A DNA stretch of 64,000 nt from Camelus ferus (GCF_009834535.1 NC_045696.1:115384001-115448000); one strand, 5' to 3'. Shown: positions 51,240 through 63,461, counted from the stretch's first letter. The notes: generated by a model not told the origin, from the sequence alone. Translations and numbers: made by a program.

Positions 51240-51740
51240 ATTAAGGTTGCCGAGTCCTTTTCTGGAGGACTTTTCCATCTCCGAGGTGAGCCATTTTCCA
51301 GGCTCTCCAAGCTCTTCCGAAAGGGGGAACGTTTTACCCTCTCCCTTCTTCGCAGTGTCAGTTCACAGGTGCGAGTTTCTCACTGTAGTCGTGCTGAAAC
51401 GCTGCCCCTCGTTGGCGATGCTCGGTGCAGACTTCAAACGTTTCTTCTTCTACTCTTTTTTTTTTTCCCCCTCTCTCTCTCCCCCTCTTGCAGGTCAAAT
51501 TAGTATTTTCAAAAGAACCTTCCAAGCCATTGGCTCCGCGAATCCTCCCGAACCCGCTGGCCGCAGCGGCGGCGGCTGCTGCGGTGGCCGTGAGCGCCCC
51601 CTTCAGTCTGCGAACTGCTCCTGCAGCCACGCTCTTCCAGACGTCGGCCCTGCCGCCCGCGCTGCTGCGCCCGGCGCCCGGGCCCATTCGGACCGCCCAC
51701 ACCCCCGTGCTGTTCGCTCCCTACTGAGTGCGGGCGTCCT
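51240..51740. promoter_or_regulatory. CpG-rich island over the terminal coding exon
   Basis: About 25 CpGs counted by eye in 51494-51727, plus more in the preceding 250 nt, against a CpG-poor background. Confidence 0.65.
51494..51727 (+). CDS. ZNF385D: ZNF385D terminal coding exon (234 nt to the stop): VKLVFSKEPSKPLAPRILPNPLAAAAAAAAVAVSAPFSLRTAPAATLFQTSALPPALLRPAPGPIRTAHTPVLFAPY*
   Basis: Strong pyrimidine tract plus gcAG at 51492-93 and TGA at 51725-27. Ends in the ZNF385-family C-terminal motif PGPIRTAHTPVLFAPY; 8-Ala tract at 51560-51583. Confidence 0.95.
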   Translation, partial: VKLVFSKEPSKPLAPRILPNPLAAAAAAAAVAVSAPFSLRTAPAATLFQTSALPPALLRPAPGPIRTAHTPVLFAPY

Positions 51741-52160
51741 TGTACTGCAATAATTTTTTTTTTCCCAAAAAACACACAACAGAACAAACAAAAGAGAACT
51801 ATGCAGTGTTTATTTATAGTTTAAAGTATCTCTGAAGAGCCAGGACTTTTGATAGTGAATTGAAAAGATGATTAAAACAAAAAAAAAAAAAAAAAAAGGA
51901 GGGAGTTTGGGGGGCGGGCGGGAGGGAAGGCTGGCATTTTCTCCAAATTAAAGAAGCATTCCTCTGGAACTTTCCTTGAGTGTGTTAGAAGTGATCTCCA
52001 GCATTGACTCGTAGTGGTGTCTAGAAATTTCTGAAGCCTTTGTGACTGTGCTTTTGGGCACTCGTTCCCCCTGCATTGTATTTCCTGCTTTATGAGACAA
52101 CTATACATTGTCTAAGGGCATTAACTGGTTCCAATGTGTATATAATAATTTACTCTGTAG

Positions 52161-52166
52161 ATTAAA
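52161..52166 (+). terminator. Candidate proximal poly(A) signal ATTAAA
   Basis: ATTAAA preceded by TGTA elements (52077, 52137, 52156). An A-rich stretch downstream makes the cleavage site ambiguous. Confidence 0.35.
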
Positions 52167-55100
52167 ATAATACAGAAAAAAAAAAGGAAAAAACAAAAGC
52201 AACACTGTGAATAGTAGAGCCCGTGCAGGTCCTCTTGCTCTGACAGCAGTTACTGGGTATTTATCCCAACAAAAGTAGATACAGTAGATGTCTTGTAAAA
52301 CAGTAGTGCTGTGTCTCAACCTATGCCACTAGGTTTTAAAGAATTGCAAAAGTTAGGATGAACAACTGTGTCATGCCAGTAAGCAGTCAAAAGACGAACG
52401 ACACCGGATGGTGTGGTGAAGGTCCCCGGTCCACGTTATCCCCTCCTCCCCAGCTTGGAGATGACTGTAAGTTCAGAACAAAAGAACAGGGCGAGGCATA
52501 GAGGTGGGAGAGAGGTCAGTAAAACTGGTTGGTTTCCTACAAAGTACATTTCCCCCAACCCTGAAACAGTGTTGCTGGAAATAGGGAAGTGTTTGTGAAG
52601 AATCTATACGTGAAAACAGGTAAACTGGGGCATCATGGGTGTGTAGAAGGAAATCCGTACAACTGTTCTGTTTCACAGGAAAGGGGCGTTCCTAACCTAG
52701 CATGAGAATGCAAAGTAAAGTTTTTCCATGTTAGTACATAACCGATACAAACACAGAACATTGCATCTCTACAGTATCCCCTTTATATCATACCAGTAGG
52801 GTTGTCTCTTAGGCAAAGGTTTCTCCTTTGAATAGGATGGTAGACATTATCTCTCGTGGGGCTTTTTTGTTGTTGTTGTTGTTTTTATAGATTTCCTACT
52901 GACATGATATAAACAATTAATATATATTTAAATGTTAGTGAAACAAGAAAAATGAGCCTGAATTCATTGCAGACCAAGGCTATAGAATTAAAAAAATATA
53001 TACTGGTAAGATGCACTCGACCATCATTTCTCTAGTGGAGTTGTGAAGTCCTGACAGCCTTCGATATTTACCATAAGGCTGGAAAGGAGTTGATGTTTTA
53101 CCTTTAAAACAAGATTTATCAGGGGTATATATAAATATATGTATATTGTATATATGTTAGATTAAGAGAATAACTTATAAAAAAGAAAATCTATATAAAA
53201 TAATTATATAACCATCCCATGTTACATGTTATCATTAAGTTGGTAACAAATGGCATAAAAATAGCTGTGCCTTTAATTTGTGATAAAGGCTATTTGCTTT
53301 TTTTCCCGTAGAAAGCTAACACGTACCTGTCCCTATGGCGGGGTTCAATGCAGCCAGCCTGTTGCGTTAATAAGAACAATGACATTCAAACTTAGAACAA
53401 GGATAAGACATGTACGAATCCACTCTATCAGATTTAGGTTTAGAGAGAAAAAAAAAATATTTTTGAAAAGGTTTTTGTAAAGACTATTTAAAAATCTAGG
53501 GAAAGGCTAGGTATGGCCTTCCTGAAACCTGCTCTTAGCTAAATTGTAGTCAGCTTGGGAGAGGTCTCAAGATTCAAGATGAAACCATTTGAGAGATGGG
53601 TATTTAGCATTTGTCGTTTTATATTTAAGAAACACCCATAACGTGCTTGGTGCTCAACATTACACATGGTCTCTGGAGTTCTTCTCTGTCATCTAGCTAA
53701 AGACGTTTGTCATATAAACGTACCTTTAAAGCAGTTGACTTTATGTATCTTTTGTTAAACAAGCAACCAAAACAGAAAAGGAAGGAAGGAAGGAGTGAGG
53801 AGGGCAGGTAGGAAGGAAAAGAAAAGTGCTCCATCAGTCTTTTGTAAAAGGGATTTCAAACCACGTAGGTTAAACACGTAGGTTAAAATTGAAATTTGTT
53901 TTTGAGGGTATTTTGCCTTTATCAGTATCTCTACCCTCTGGTCTTAGCAAGCACTTCCTTTTCCCACTCTCAGACCCTGCCGGTTCAGCCAGGTAGAGAG
54001 TCCACAAGTTTGTTGTCTGGGGCTGTGTCTCTGTACCCCACGTGACCAGCTTCTGACCATTCTGAACTTCCATTTTCTTTTTCTGCCACATAAAATATTT
54101 TCATCTGTTCACTCTTAAGTCAGCCTGAATCCCTGTCCAACAAACTTGACAGCTCTAAAACCTCTCTTTCTGCTGGAGGACTTAATGTTAATGGATGCAG
54201 TCTTACTACAATGTACTTCCACTGTTCTTCCCCATTTTCACCAAAGTGAATGAGCCAGGCCACCAGCGGTCAGGGCCTGTGGGCTACGAGAGTCCTGGAT
54301 CACAAGGTGTTATTAACTTTCATGATTTGCTGGGAACAAACAAATCAGCCATATTTTCTCCATCAGCCATATGAGAAACCTCAGAAGTACCTGAATCCCT
54401 TCTGCCTCACTTCACTATGGAACCATTTTTGTTTAAATGGTCGCTAACATTGGAGTTGTAACCATCAGTTGTCTCTTACTCACTACCTAATAAAGGATGA
54501 AGCCTAACCACAGAACTCAGAGTGGATTCTCTGTGAATTGTTTCCGCCCCATTCCGTGTATCTCTCAGCACCAGACCCACATCTGTTACTGTTCAGACTG
54601 CTATAAAGCTCTAGCCTTTCCCTTGGGGAACTTCTTTTCATGAATAAAAAGCAATGATTCAGATTGGTCCACAGTGATGCTCGGAAAATCCCCAAGGGTG
54701 GTCTGATTTGATGGTTATATATCCCTTCCCACGCGTCACACCCATGGCAGGGAAGTGTTCATTGGAAACAAATCTAAATGCATTGCAAGAGTCCAGTGCC
54801 ACTGGAAAAAGCATTGTTGCACCTCATCCAGATTATCTGGACAAGTGGAAACAAACCGTCGTTGGGAAGGTACTGTGTTTCTCTTCTGGGAAAACAGGTG
54901 ATTCCAAGTGACAAATCGCTCCTCTCCCTGGTCCTGAACTTTGAAGAGTGGGGGATCTGCTCCCATAAGCAAACACGACTGGCTTTGGGCGATTTATCTC
55001 ATCACTGCCTCCTCTCAAAGGCTTGCAGTCTTTAGGTGCGGTTGGGTTTCCATCCATCTATTGCAGTAATTCGTTGCCGTTACCATCAGAGATCTAATTT

Positions 55101-55519
55101 GGTTTTCTGAAAGGTGCTACGTATTTTGCTGCCACGAAACTATTTAGCCAACAGAATGTACTCATTTGGAAATGAAAAGAGCAGGAAATCATAAAACAAA
55201 GGAGTAAAAATGCAAAGGTATATAAAAACAGGATTATTCAAAGTTTATTGTGGACGTGCTCATGGACACATCTAAGGCCCAGAACTACACTACACAGTAG
55301 ACAGATGTGAGCATTAAATTTCACTTACGATTAAATTTTAAATTGATATCTTTGTCTCCACACCCACGTCATGTTTCAGCTTCCCTGAAGAAATCAAATC
55401 ACAAAACGCAACAATGACTAGAGTGGTCTAGAGACCTCTTCCTTGGAGTCTGAATTGACCTGCAGAATTACCTGTCTGTTCGTTAGCACAAATGGCATTG
55501 CATTGATAACTCGTACACA

Positions 55520-55670
55520 GGAAAGCAGCATAGAGTGGCGACAAGAGCAGTGAGCCTGGAAACAGCCAGTTTATTGTGGACTTTGTCTCTGCCCAGCAGG
55601 GTAACATTTAAATAGTCAACATCTGCCTTGCCCTTAATTTCTTTATCAGTAATGTGGGTGAGAGTGCATA
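55520..55670 (+). mobile_element. Degraded MIR in the putative 3' UTR
   Basis: gcagcatagagtggcgacaagagcagtgagcctgga...ccttaatttctttatcagtaatgtggg. Confidence 0.5.
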
Positions 55671-57313
55671 CAGGCTGGGCTGGTTAACTGTTTCTGCTAA
55701 CTGTCTCTCATCCCTTGGAACAAAACCGCTTTTTTATAGTGAGCCCCAGATGGCTGCTCAAATACTTGCATTTGCTCAGAAAAGCGTTCTGTATTCCTTT
55801 CCCTCCTGAGTATGCATCTCACGGGAGGTCATGCACTTCATCTGTCAGAACGTAGACCTCACCAGTGATTATCGGAGGAGTTCCTAATTCACGCTGGGTT
55901 TACAACAAAGTCACTTAGGATAGACTGCATTGATTTTCTAGTCCTAAAACATAATACATTCTGAAATAATAAATACCCACCCCAGTAAAAGCAATGGAAA
56001 GTTGACAGTGTGGGTGTGAAGGGGAAAACAGATGTGTTTCCTCCTCATTCTTTCTGCAGTGCTGTCTCCCTGCAGCGGGAAGGGACCCCATCTGAGGCAG
56101 GACTGATCTTGTCGTGGGTTTGCGTGTGTTTTAGCTAACGGCCACCTTATTAAGACCACTTCCAGCACAACCAAAGGATATCAGTTACACCCTCTTGTTA
56201 TTGTTACAGCAAGAACTTGGGAGGCTGAGTCCTGACAGTGAGTGTTTTACAAACTGATTGCTGTTGGTTCTCATTAAAAGGGCAGATTTATTTCTGGAGC
56301 ATCTCTTCTGGTCTTTCTGTGGTGTCCTCAGTAGCGGCAGTGAGGACCATCAGGCAGTGAAATGGATCATGGATGCGGCAAGTCTCCATCGCCTACTTAC
56401 CTTGTGCTGAGAGGGGTATCCGAGCTTCCATGAAAGATGGATGCGCTGATACATCCTCCTCGAGTGGCCTACGAGGTCGTTACTTCCAGAAATAGACTTA
56501 CTGCTTAGCAGAGTTACGAATGGTGATGGACGCCGGGTTCTACACTGGGAAAACCTCACAGGCGCAACGTGATTAGAAAGTCCATGCAGGTTACAAAGGG
56601 TCGCAGAGTTTAAAGGATTCCCTAGCTGTATCACATCAGTGCTCAGGTGTGAAAGGACCAAGAATTGCCTTCAATCTGAGCATCTTCTCCTCCCTCTTCT
56701 TAGGGCTGGAAAGCCACCTTCCTAGATGGTTGACTCCAGAAACTGCCAAAACGTGGAGTCAGATCTGACGATGAATATATATGACCGAGGTGAGAACGGG
56801 GTCAGTAGAAACTTGGGTCATACTCTCTTCATGATTCACAAGTCAGCTCTAAAAGCAATTTCCAAAGAGTAGAGCTACAATGATTTGGGAACAAAAAAAG
56901 TATAAACATAAGCACTTGTATAAACATAAGCACTTGTGACCAGGTCGAAGATCACTACGTCTATGTCTATATGAGTATGAATGAGGATGGAGGTAATAGG
57001 CATTTTTCACAATAGGAGATTCAAAGTCATTTTTCCCTGTTATCATTTTTCAAAATCTTTGTTTCTCTTAATGGTTAGGTTGGTTTTACTTTAAGAGAAG
57101 GAACTCTGGTTACACACGTGGGAACCCTAATCATCGTAGGACACTGGAGGGGTTGCCAGATCTAATACCAAGGTACTATGCTCTCCAGTAAAGTTCTTCT
57201 GCTAGTAGTTTGATTTGGGTAATGCAACTGTATCATTTCATACAAGCTACTGACTTTGACTACAGCAGCCAAACCCCTGTCAAATCTTCTTCAAATCCAG
57301 GTCGTGTGTAGGA

Positions 57314-57320
<7 letters not shown>

Positions 57321-57348
<28 letters not shown>
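57321..57348 (+). repeat. A28 homopolymer
   Basis: Directly visible; similar tracts at about 22530-22555 (A) and 36016-36037 (T). Confidence 0.95.
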
Positions 57349-57352
<4 letters not shown>

Positions 57353-58543
57353 AAGAAAATTAGCAAAAAGGAGATTCCTCTACTGGGGGCCCAGATTACA
57401 TTTTTTTTTTTCCCCAAGAAACACTTTGTTTTAAGCCACTCTATTTGATTGTCCAAATCTAATGAGCCATGAATCCTTTGAGAAACCGTTACGGAGTGTT
57501 TAAGCCACGGTGAGAGTGTGTGGAATTTTATTAACCACAAATAAAAATGTGAGAATTATTGGATATTTGTCAACTCAGTTTAAAATACAGTATCGTATAA
57601 TTTCAGTGTAGGACACTGGGGCCAGAAGGGGCGAATACTGGGTAAAGACCCTCCGTTAGATGTTTTGTGTGTGTTGACTGTGCTAATATGATTAGAGAGA
57701 GAAAAGAAATAAAGTCCTCAAAATTCTACTAAGTTTAGCTTTCATGAAATCATCATGAAGGATTTCATGGGATGTCATCTTCTTTGTAAAGGGATTATGG
57801 GGAAAAATGTGTGGAGGTGCTGGATATTGGGGGAAAGCCTTGTGACCAAGGGATTGGTCAGAACTGAACATCACAAAACAATGATCATGGTTTCTAGGTT
57901 CAGCACAAATTATCTGTGAGGAAACTGGGCCAACTCAATATTTGGAGGATTCCCTTCTGAAAAAAAATAAAAAATAATAATGAAATAAAGGTGAAATTTT
58001 TTTTTAAAAAGGCTGAATTTAGTAAAGGCAAGTCATTTGCCTCTCAAAATTGGTTCCAAAATCTAAGGCTAATTTCTATACATTTCAATAAAATTGTTCT
58101 AAGAGGCTTTTTATACTTAGTGTTCATGTTCCTACATACTATTTAAAATGGAACTGATCTGCTGCCAGAGCGCCTTTATATGTACCTATAGTAGACATTG
58201 AATTTTGTCCTGAAAAAAACTTGATGGATTGTTTTAAGAGACATTGCCTTAAACACAAATGGAGTTACACGCAGAGAACATTGTCTTTCTTGGGAAATTT
58301 ACTAATCACATTTTTTCCATTTCTTTTTTATCAATTTAAATCTTATGTCAGTTCAACTAAGATTTCCTTGCTTAATGGTAATTTAGCATTTCTGATAGTG
58401 ACGTTTAATTTACTGGAATTTTACAATTAATTTTCAGTTGTTTCCTTAGAGTGGTCACTCAACAGAAAATTTAGTATTAGCCAATGTATGATATAATATT
58501 CAACTTCCACAAAACGGGAGGTTTGGCTATTTTTTAAATGATT

Positions 58544-58765
58544 TTTTTTAACATTTTTTATTGATTTATAATCATTTTACAATGTTGTGTCAAATTCCAG
58601 TGTAGAGCACAATTTTTCACTTATACTTGAACATATATATATTCATTGTCACATTTTTTTCTCTGTGAGCTACCATGAGATCTTGTGTATATTTCCCTGT
58701 GCCGTACAGTATAATCTTGTTTATCTATTCTACAATTTTAAAATCCCGTCTATCCCTTCCCACCC
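58544..58765 (-). mobile_element. L1 3' end of a third (probably youngest, camelid) subfamily, in the putative 3' UTR
   Basis: ttttattgatttataatcattttacaatgttgtgtcaaattccagtgtagagcac...; TSD TAAATGATT at 58535-58543 and 58766-58774. Confidence 0.8.
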
Positions 58766-61580
58766 TAAATGATTATTCTTAACAATAGAACTACAAACAG
58801 ACTCTAGCAAATGAATTGAGTCGTATTTACTGAGGCTGTTTACTGACGTGAGCCAATTTAAGCCTTAGTCTCAAGATCTAAAGACAGCCTTATCCACATG
58901 CATTTAGTGACCACATATTGAAGGCTATATTTGTTTTTGACAACCAGGCTTTGGATTGGAAGCTTTGTCATTAACATTTTTAAAGACTGAGTAGTATTTT
59001 CAAATTTTAAGAAAATACACTATGATTTGTCCACATTTTGTAACCCTACAGGAAAAAGAAGACAGCTTAAGGTAAAATGATTGATGTGATTTTTTTCTTC
59101 CCTTATGTTCTCATAACTTAGACAACACAAGTAGGGCTTTGTCCAGTATCAGCCGCTTGGCAAAACGTTTCATAAGGTTGTACCTGGCAACAGTAAAACC
59201 TCATAGTCCAAAGAGCATTACCACAAATATTGAAGAGGTACAGAAGACATGGCTATCTTGATTTTATCCAAAAAAAAGGAAAAAAATAGAATGAATTCAA
59301 GGATTTAAAAAACTGACTTACGAGTCACGCTGAGAGGAGTCCCCGATTCATCAGTCAGCTACAGTGATGCTTCGTTGGGGTAGAATCCACAGCTTCATCT
59401 TTATCCGCTCATGTGGGGACGTGGCTTGGGCTGCAGAAGCCAAACATGCTCAGGTTGCAAATTTGTGCCGCCTTCTCAGCCTATGTGTTCAGTAAATGAC
59501 CTGGCTCTTTTCACCTTGCCAGATCACGCTGAACAACCTTTCATCAAAGTCCCCAGGTGGACTCGGACAGTCGAGTTAGCATTTCTTTGCAGGTGTTTTA
59601 CATTTTGAGCACTGAATTATGATTATTTGTGTTGTTGTTATTACTTATTTTCATTGCAGACCCAAAGAGTGGCCCCTTGTGTGCCACTAAAGCCCTAAAT
59701 TCAAAATCATAATAATAATCAGGACAATCCACATAACTGGTACCACACTGTTCTTCTAAGTCCCGTAATCAAATCCCCTCATCTGCAAAAAATTTCCAAG
59801 ATATGGAATGAAGCTGCTATCAATTTTATTGACTCGGAAATGTAAGATGTCAAACATATACCTATACTAAGTTAAACTTGCAGCTGTGAACAAGCTAATC
59901 TCTCTCTCTTTTTTTTAAAAAAATCAGGAATTCTTTAAGAAGTTTTCAGTTTCAATAAAAGAAAGACACTAGCGGTATTTTTATGGGATGCAAGCTCCCT
60001 AGTTCCTTCAGCAGTCCTGGAAACATGCAGAGCCATTCTTTCCTGTCTCTCTGACGATTTCAAAATTACTGGTGGTTCCAGGAAATTGGTTCATTTACAT
60101 CTTTATTATTCACTTAGTTCATGAGATGAAGACGGTTGCTCAGTTTCCTCTCATCCGTAAATAGCCCACAGGCAATGTATCCAGTTTGGGAAATATTTTT
60201 CTTAAGTTTTAAGGCTCTTGGGAAGAGGATCATTAGAACAAATTAAGCTTGTAATCTGCATATTCTTCTCTGCTTGTTTGGAACCTTTTGCCATTCCAAG
60301 AAGTGCAGAAAAACTGCATAACACAATTGTTCCGAGTGCCAACCAAGACATTTAGTGACTCACAGAACATGTGTCTCATGACTGTTTCTCAAAAGAAATG
60401 TGTTGTTTGACAGGGGAAAAAAAATGTAAAATACTGTGTGTTTGTTCGTCTCTAAATGACGCTCCTCCGTCGCCCCTCTGTCCTCCCTTGTTAGAAAGAC
60501 AAGAGTTCTCATCTTTAAACTAACTGCTTGGTACATTTCAATTCCGTGTAAGACAGAATCATTATTTTATTTGTAACTTTGAAACCCAGTGGTTATCCCT
60601 TGCTGAAATAAAATCCCAGTGCAGACAAGAGTTTGCAGGATAATAGTCCATGTTTCTACAGGACTGAAAAAGGATGTTTTGGGCTTTGGTGGGGGGTTTT
60701 GGGTTTGTTTTGTTCTGTTTGCCTGAACAAAGCTTTTTAACAAATTTTAATTAGCTCCCAAATGTGTCTTTTCAAAGAGAAAGAGGATTTTTTTTTAAGT
60801 TCAAAATTCTGATTTCTCATGAAAAATCAGAAAAATCTAAGAGCCCTGGTACTGCATACAGGGTGACTGTTGGCTACATTGAGCTGACTTCCCCCTGTGG
60901 ACAAAGCAGGGAAGTGCAATTTATTGTGATCTACACTCTAGAGGCCCCAGGAACTGCTTCCTGCCAGTCCCCAGCAATCATTGGGTTATTGGCTCTCACC
61001 TACCATGAACTCTTTTGGCAGCTAATCTTTAGGGTCCTCTCCATCCCTGTATCCTCTCCCCCAGTTCCTTGTTGCCAGGTTCATCTTGTAACGCTTTGGC
61101 TTTTCATTTTGGATAAGCAGTTTCATAAGGGAGCAATATTTTGCAAACATCATTGTCAGTAAAGGTTCCCTTCACCAGAATATGACCAGTGGCAAATTAA
61201 TAATGAGAATGTGTGTGGGATTTCTTGGAGTTGATGCCCAGGAAAGATTTGATTCAGGCAGTGGGTGACTATATTGGAGAGGAGATTCTGTCATTCTCTC
61301 TGCATTTTCCTTCCGGAGGGTTCGGCTTCAGTTAATAACAGAAATTGGATTTCAGGAAGAAACATCAAACATATTTCATATGAAAACAAGCTCGTATCTT
61401 TTCTATTCTTTCTTCAAGAATAGAAGAAATAATATGTTCTTTTCTTGAACATGAAGAAAAATTCAGAAATAATAATGTTTCTGAACAGAACTTTGCTCCA
61501 TTTTGGTTCTTTTTTTTTTTTTTTTGGAGTCACATACAACTTTCCTCCGAATACCTGGAAGCTGCCAGATTACTAGTTTG

Positions 61581-61586
61581 AATAAA
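61581..61586 (+). terminator. Candidate distal poly(A) signal AATAAA
   Basis: U-rich tract upstream (61510-61525) and U/GU-rich sequence 15-40 nt downstream. AATAAA at 60607-60612 is a competing candidate. Confidence 0.4.
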
Positions 61587-62452
61587 AGCTGTACAAAAAT
61601 ATTTTTATTATTGACTTGTGAAATAATTCCTTCCTGTATTTAAGAACAGCATTCAAAATATAGAATTAACCGTACCGTGCAAAGTTTCTATCATTATTGT
61701 CTGCCTGGCCAATGAACTGACTCATCGACATTGATCAACATCCGTGATTTTTAAATTGCTAATTATCTAACAGCAAAGATCTCTTTCATGCTGTTTTGCT
61801 TAGAAACAGAGCACCATGGCTGATCATAAGTTTCTGTTGAGTATTCCAAGTCAGGAGGCCAAGCCAAAGCTGGATTTGGAATCTTGACTAACATACAACT
61901 TCACATTTTTCAAAGTGTGTAATCCAGGCATTGTGAATAACTTCTGGCCAAGTCCTAGGAAATTGTTCATAGTCTTCCTAAACATAGCCTGGGAATTGTT
62001 ATGCTGGAGCTAAAATCAAATGTCAGCTAAGGTCTGATGCCGGGGAAAACAATCAGATCAGTACTGAATTACCTTCCTGTTAAAGACTTCACCTTCCAGT
62101 GCTAATTATTAGTTTATCGTGTTTTATTCATTAATCGGAATTATTTTCAAGCGTGTCAGAGCATTTCAGGTGGGTTGGGTTATGATGAGAAAGACCACAC
62201 GAACATCCCCTCTGCAAGTTTGTGATGCATTTAGCTAAAGATGTGGTTCTCAATGGAAGCAAAATGCTTTACAGGGTAGGAGGAAGCAAACCCTCTTCCA
62301 CCCACTGTTTTCTACTCTCTCGATTCTGTCTAGGTGAGAAGTGGGAGAGGCAGGGGCACAACTGCTGACAACACCTGCTGCAGATGTGATTTTTTTCCAG
62401 ATTCATTAAGAAAAGCACAGGTTATGCCGAATTGTTGCCATCGCATACTAGC

Positions 62453-62901
62453 TATGTCAGTTTCCTAGGGCTGCTGAAATAAACTATCATAAACTCTGAT
62501 GGCTTAGAACAACAGAAATTCATCCTCTCCCAATTCTGGAGGCTAGAAGTCCAAAGTCAATGTGTCAGCAGGATTGGTCCCTCCTTAGGGGCTTAAAGGG
62601 AGAATCTGTTCCATGCCTTCTAGCTTTCTGGGGTTGCCTGCGGTCCTTGGCTTGTCCATTCCCACCTCTGCCTTTGTTTTCACACTGGGGATCTCCCCCT
62701 GTGTCTTCACACCGCCTTCCTCCACAGGACTGTGTCTCTTCTCCTTTTCTAATAAGGACACCAGTCACACTGGATTTAGGACCCACCCTCATCTTCACTA
62801 ATGACATCTGCAAAGATCCTGTTTCCAAGTAGGACCACATTCTCAGGTTCTCGAGGTAGGATGCAACACATCTGTTTTGGGGAGAGAGATCAACCCACTG
62901 A
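62453..62901 (-). mobile_element. MaLR solo LTR (MLT1B/C-like)
   Basis: agtttcctagggctgc...aacaacagaaattcatcctctcccaattctggaggctagaagtcc...ataaggacaccagtcacactggatttaggacccaccct. Confidence 0.85.
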
Positions 62902-63461
62902 AGGCTTACCTCATCTTTCCCAGGGAACTTACACATCCATACTGTACCCTGACCTTGAATGCGTTATTTACAAACTTAGGACTTCCCTAATTCTTGAGCC
63001 CAACCAGCACCACCAAAGGCTCCACCTTGATTGCTGAAGTTTGAGGTGGCAGACAACCATTTCAGACTCCACATCTTTGCCCCAACTTTTCTATTTCTCA
63101 AACATTCTACCCCTTGCAGCCCACATTCAATCCTGTTGTTTTAGGTTGGGGCCCCCAGATGTGGAGTCTGAAGTGGGACTGTCATGAAAGTTGTTTTTAA
63201 CAGAGGATGTGCTCCCTGGAGAAGAGGAATGAGGGAAGCAGGACAGGGCCAGGGAAGAAAGCTGAGGACCAGCTGCAGACTGTTTTCATGGGAAGCTCTG
63301 AATATTTTCAATAGCTCTTTCAAATAGTATTTGATCTTTAATATAATCCAAAGGTAAGGTATTAAGAGAGACAGATGTGGTCAGGAAAAATGCTGAACTG
63401 AGAAAAAAAAAGATGGCTACCATCAGTTCTTAGGACCATTGGCAAGTCATGGGCCATCTTT

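Larger units (their letters stand above)
51728..61620 (+). other. ZNF385D: Putative ZNF385D 3' UTR (3' end uncertain; several candidate poly(A) signals)
   Basis: Follows the stop codon. It is markedly poorer in recognisable transposons than the introns until about 62.4 kb and has U/A-rich blocks. ATTAAA at 52161; AATAAA at 54489, 54643, 57540, 59954, 60607 and 61581, among others. Confidence 0.5.

Noticed and set aside
51247..51791. Overlapping alternate-frame and antisense ORFs over the last exon
   Set aside because: An expected by-product of high GC content; no recognisable protein or independent start context.
57321..57348. A28 tract as a retrocopy tail or transcript end
   Set aside because: No upstream poly(A) signal, element body or TSD; treated as a homopolymer and an internal-priming hazard.
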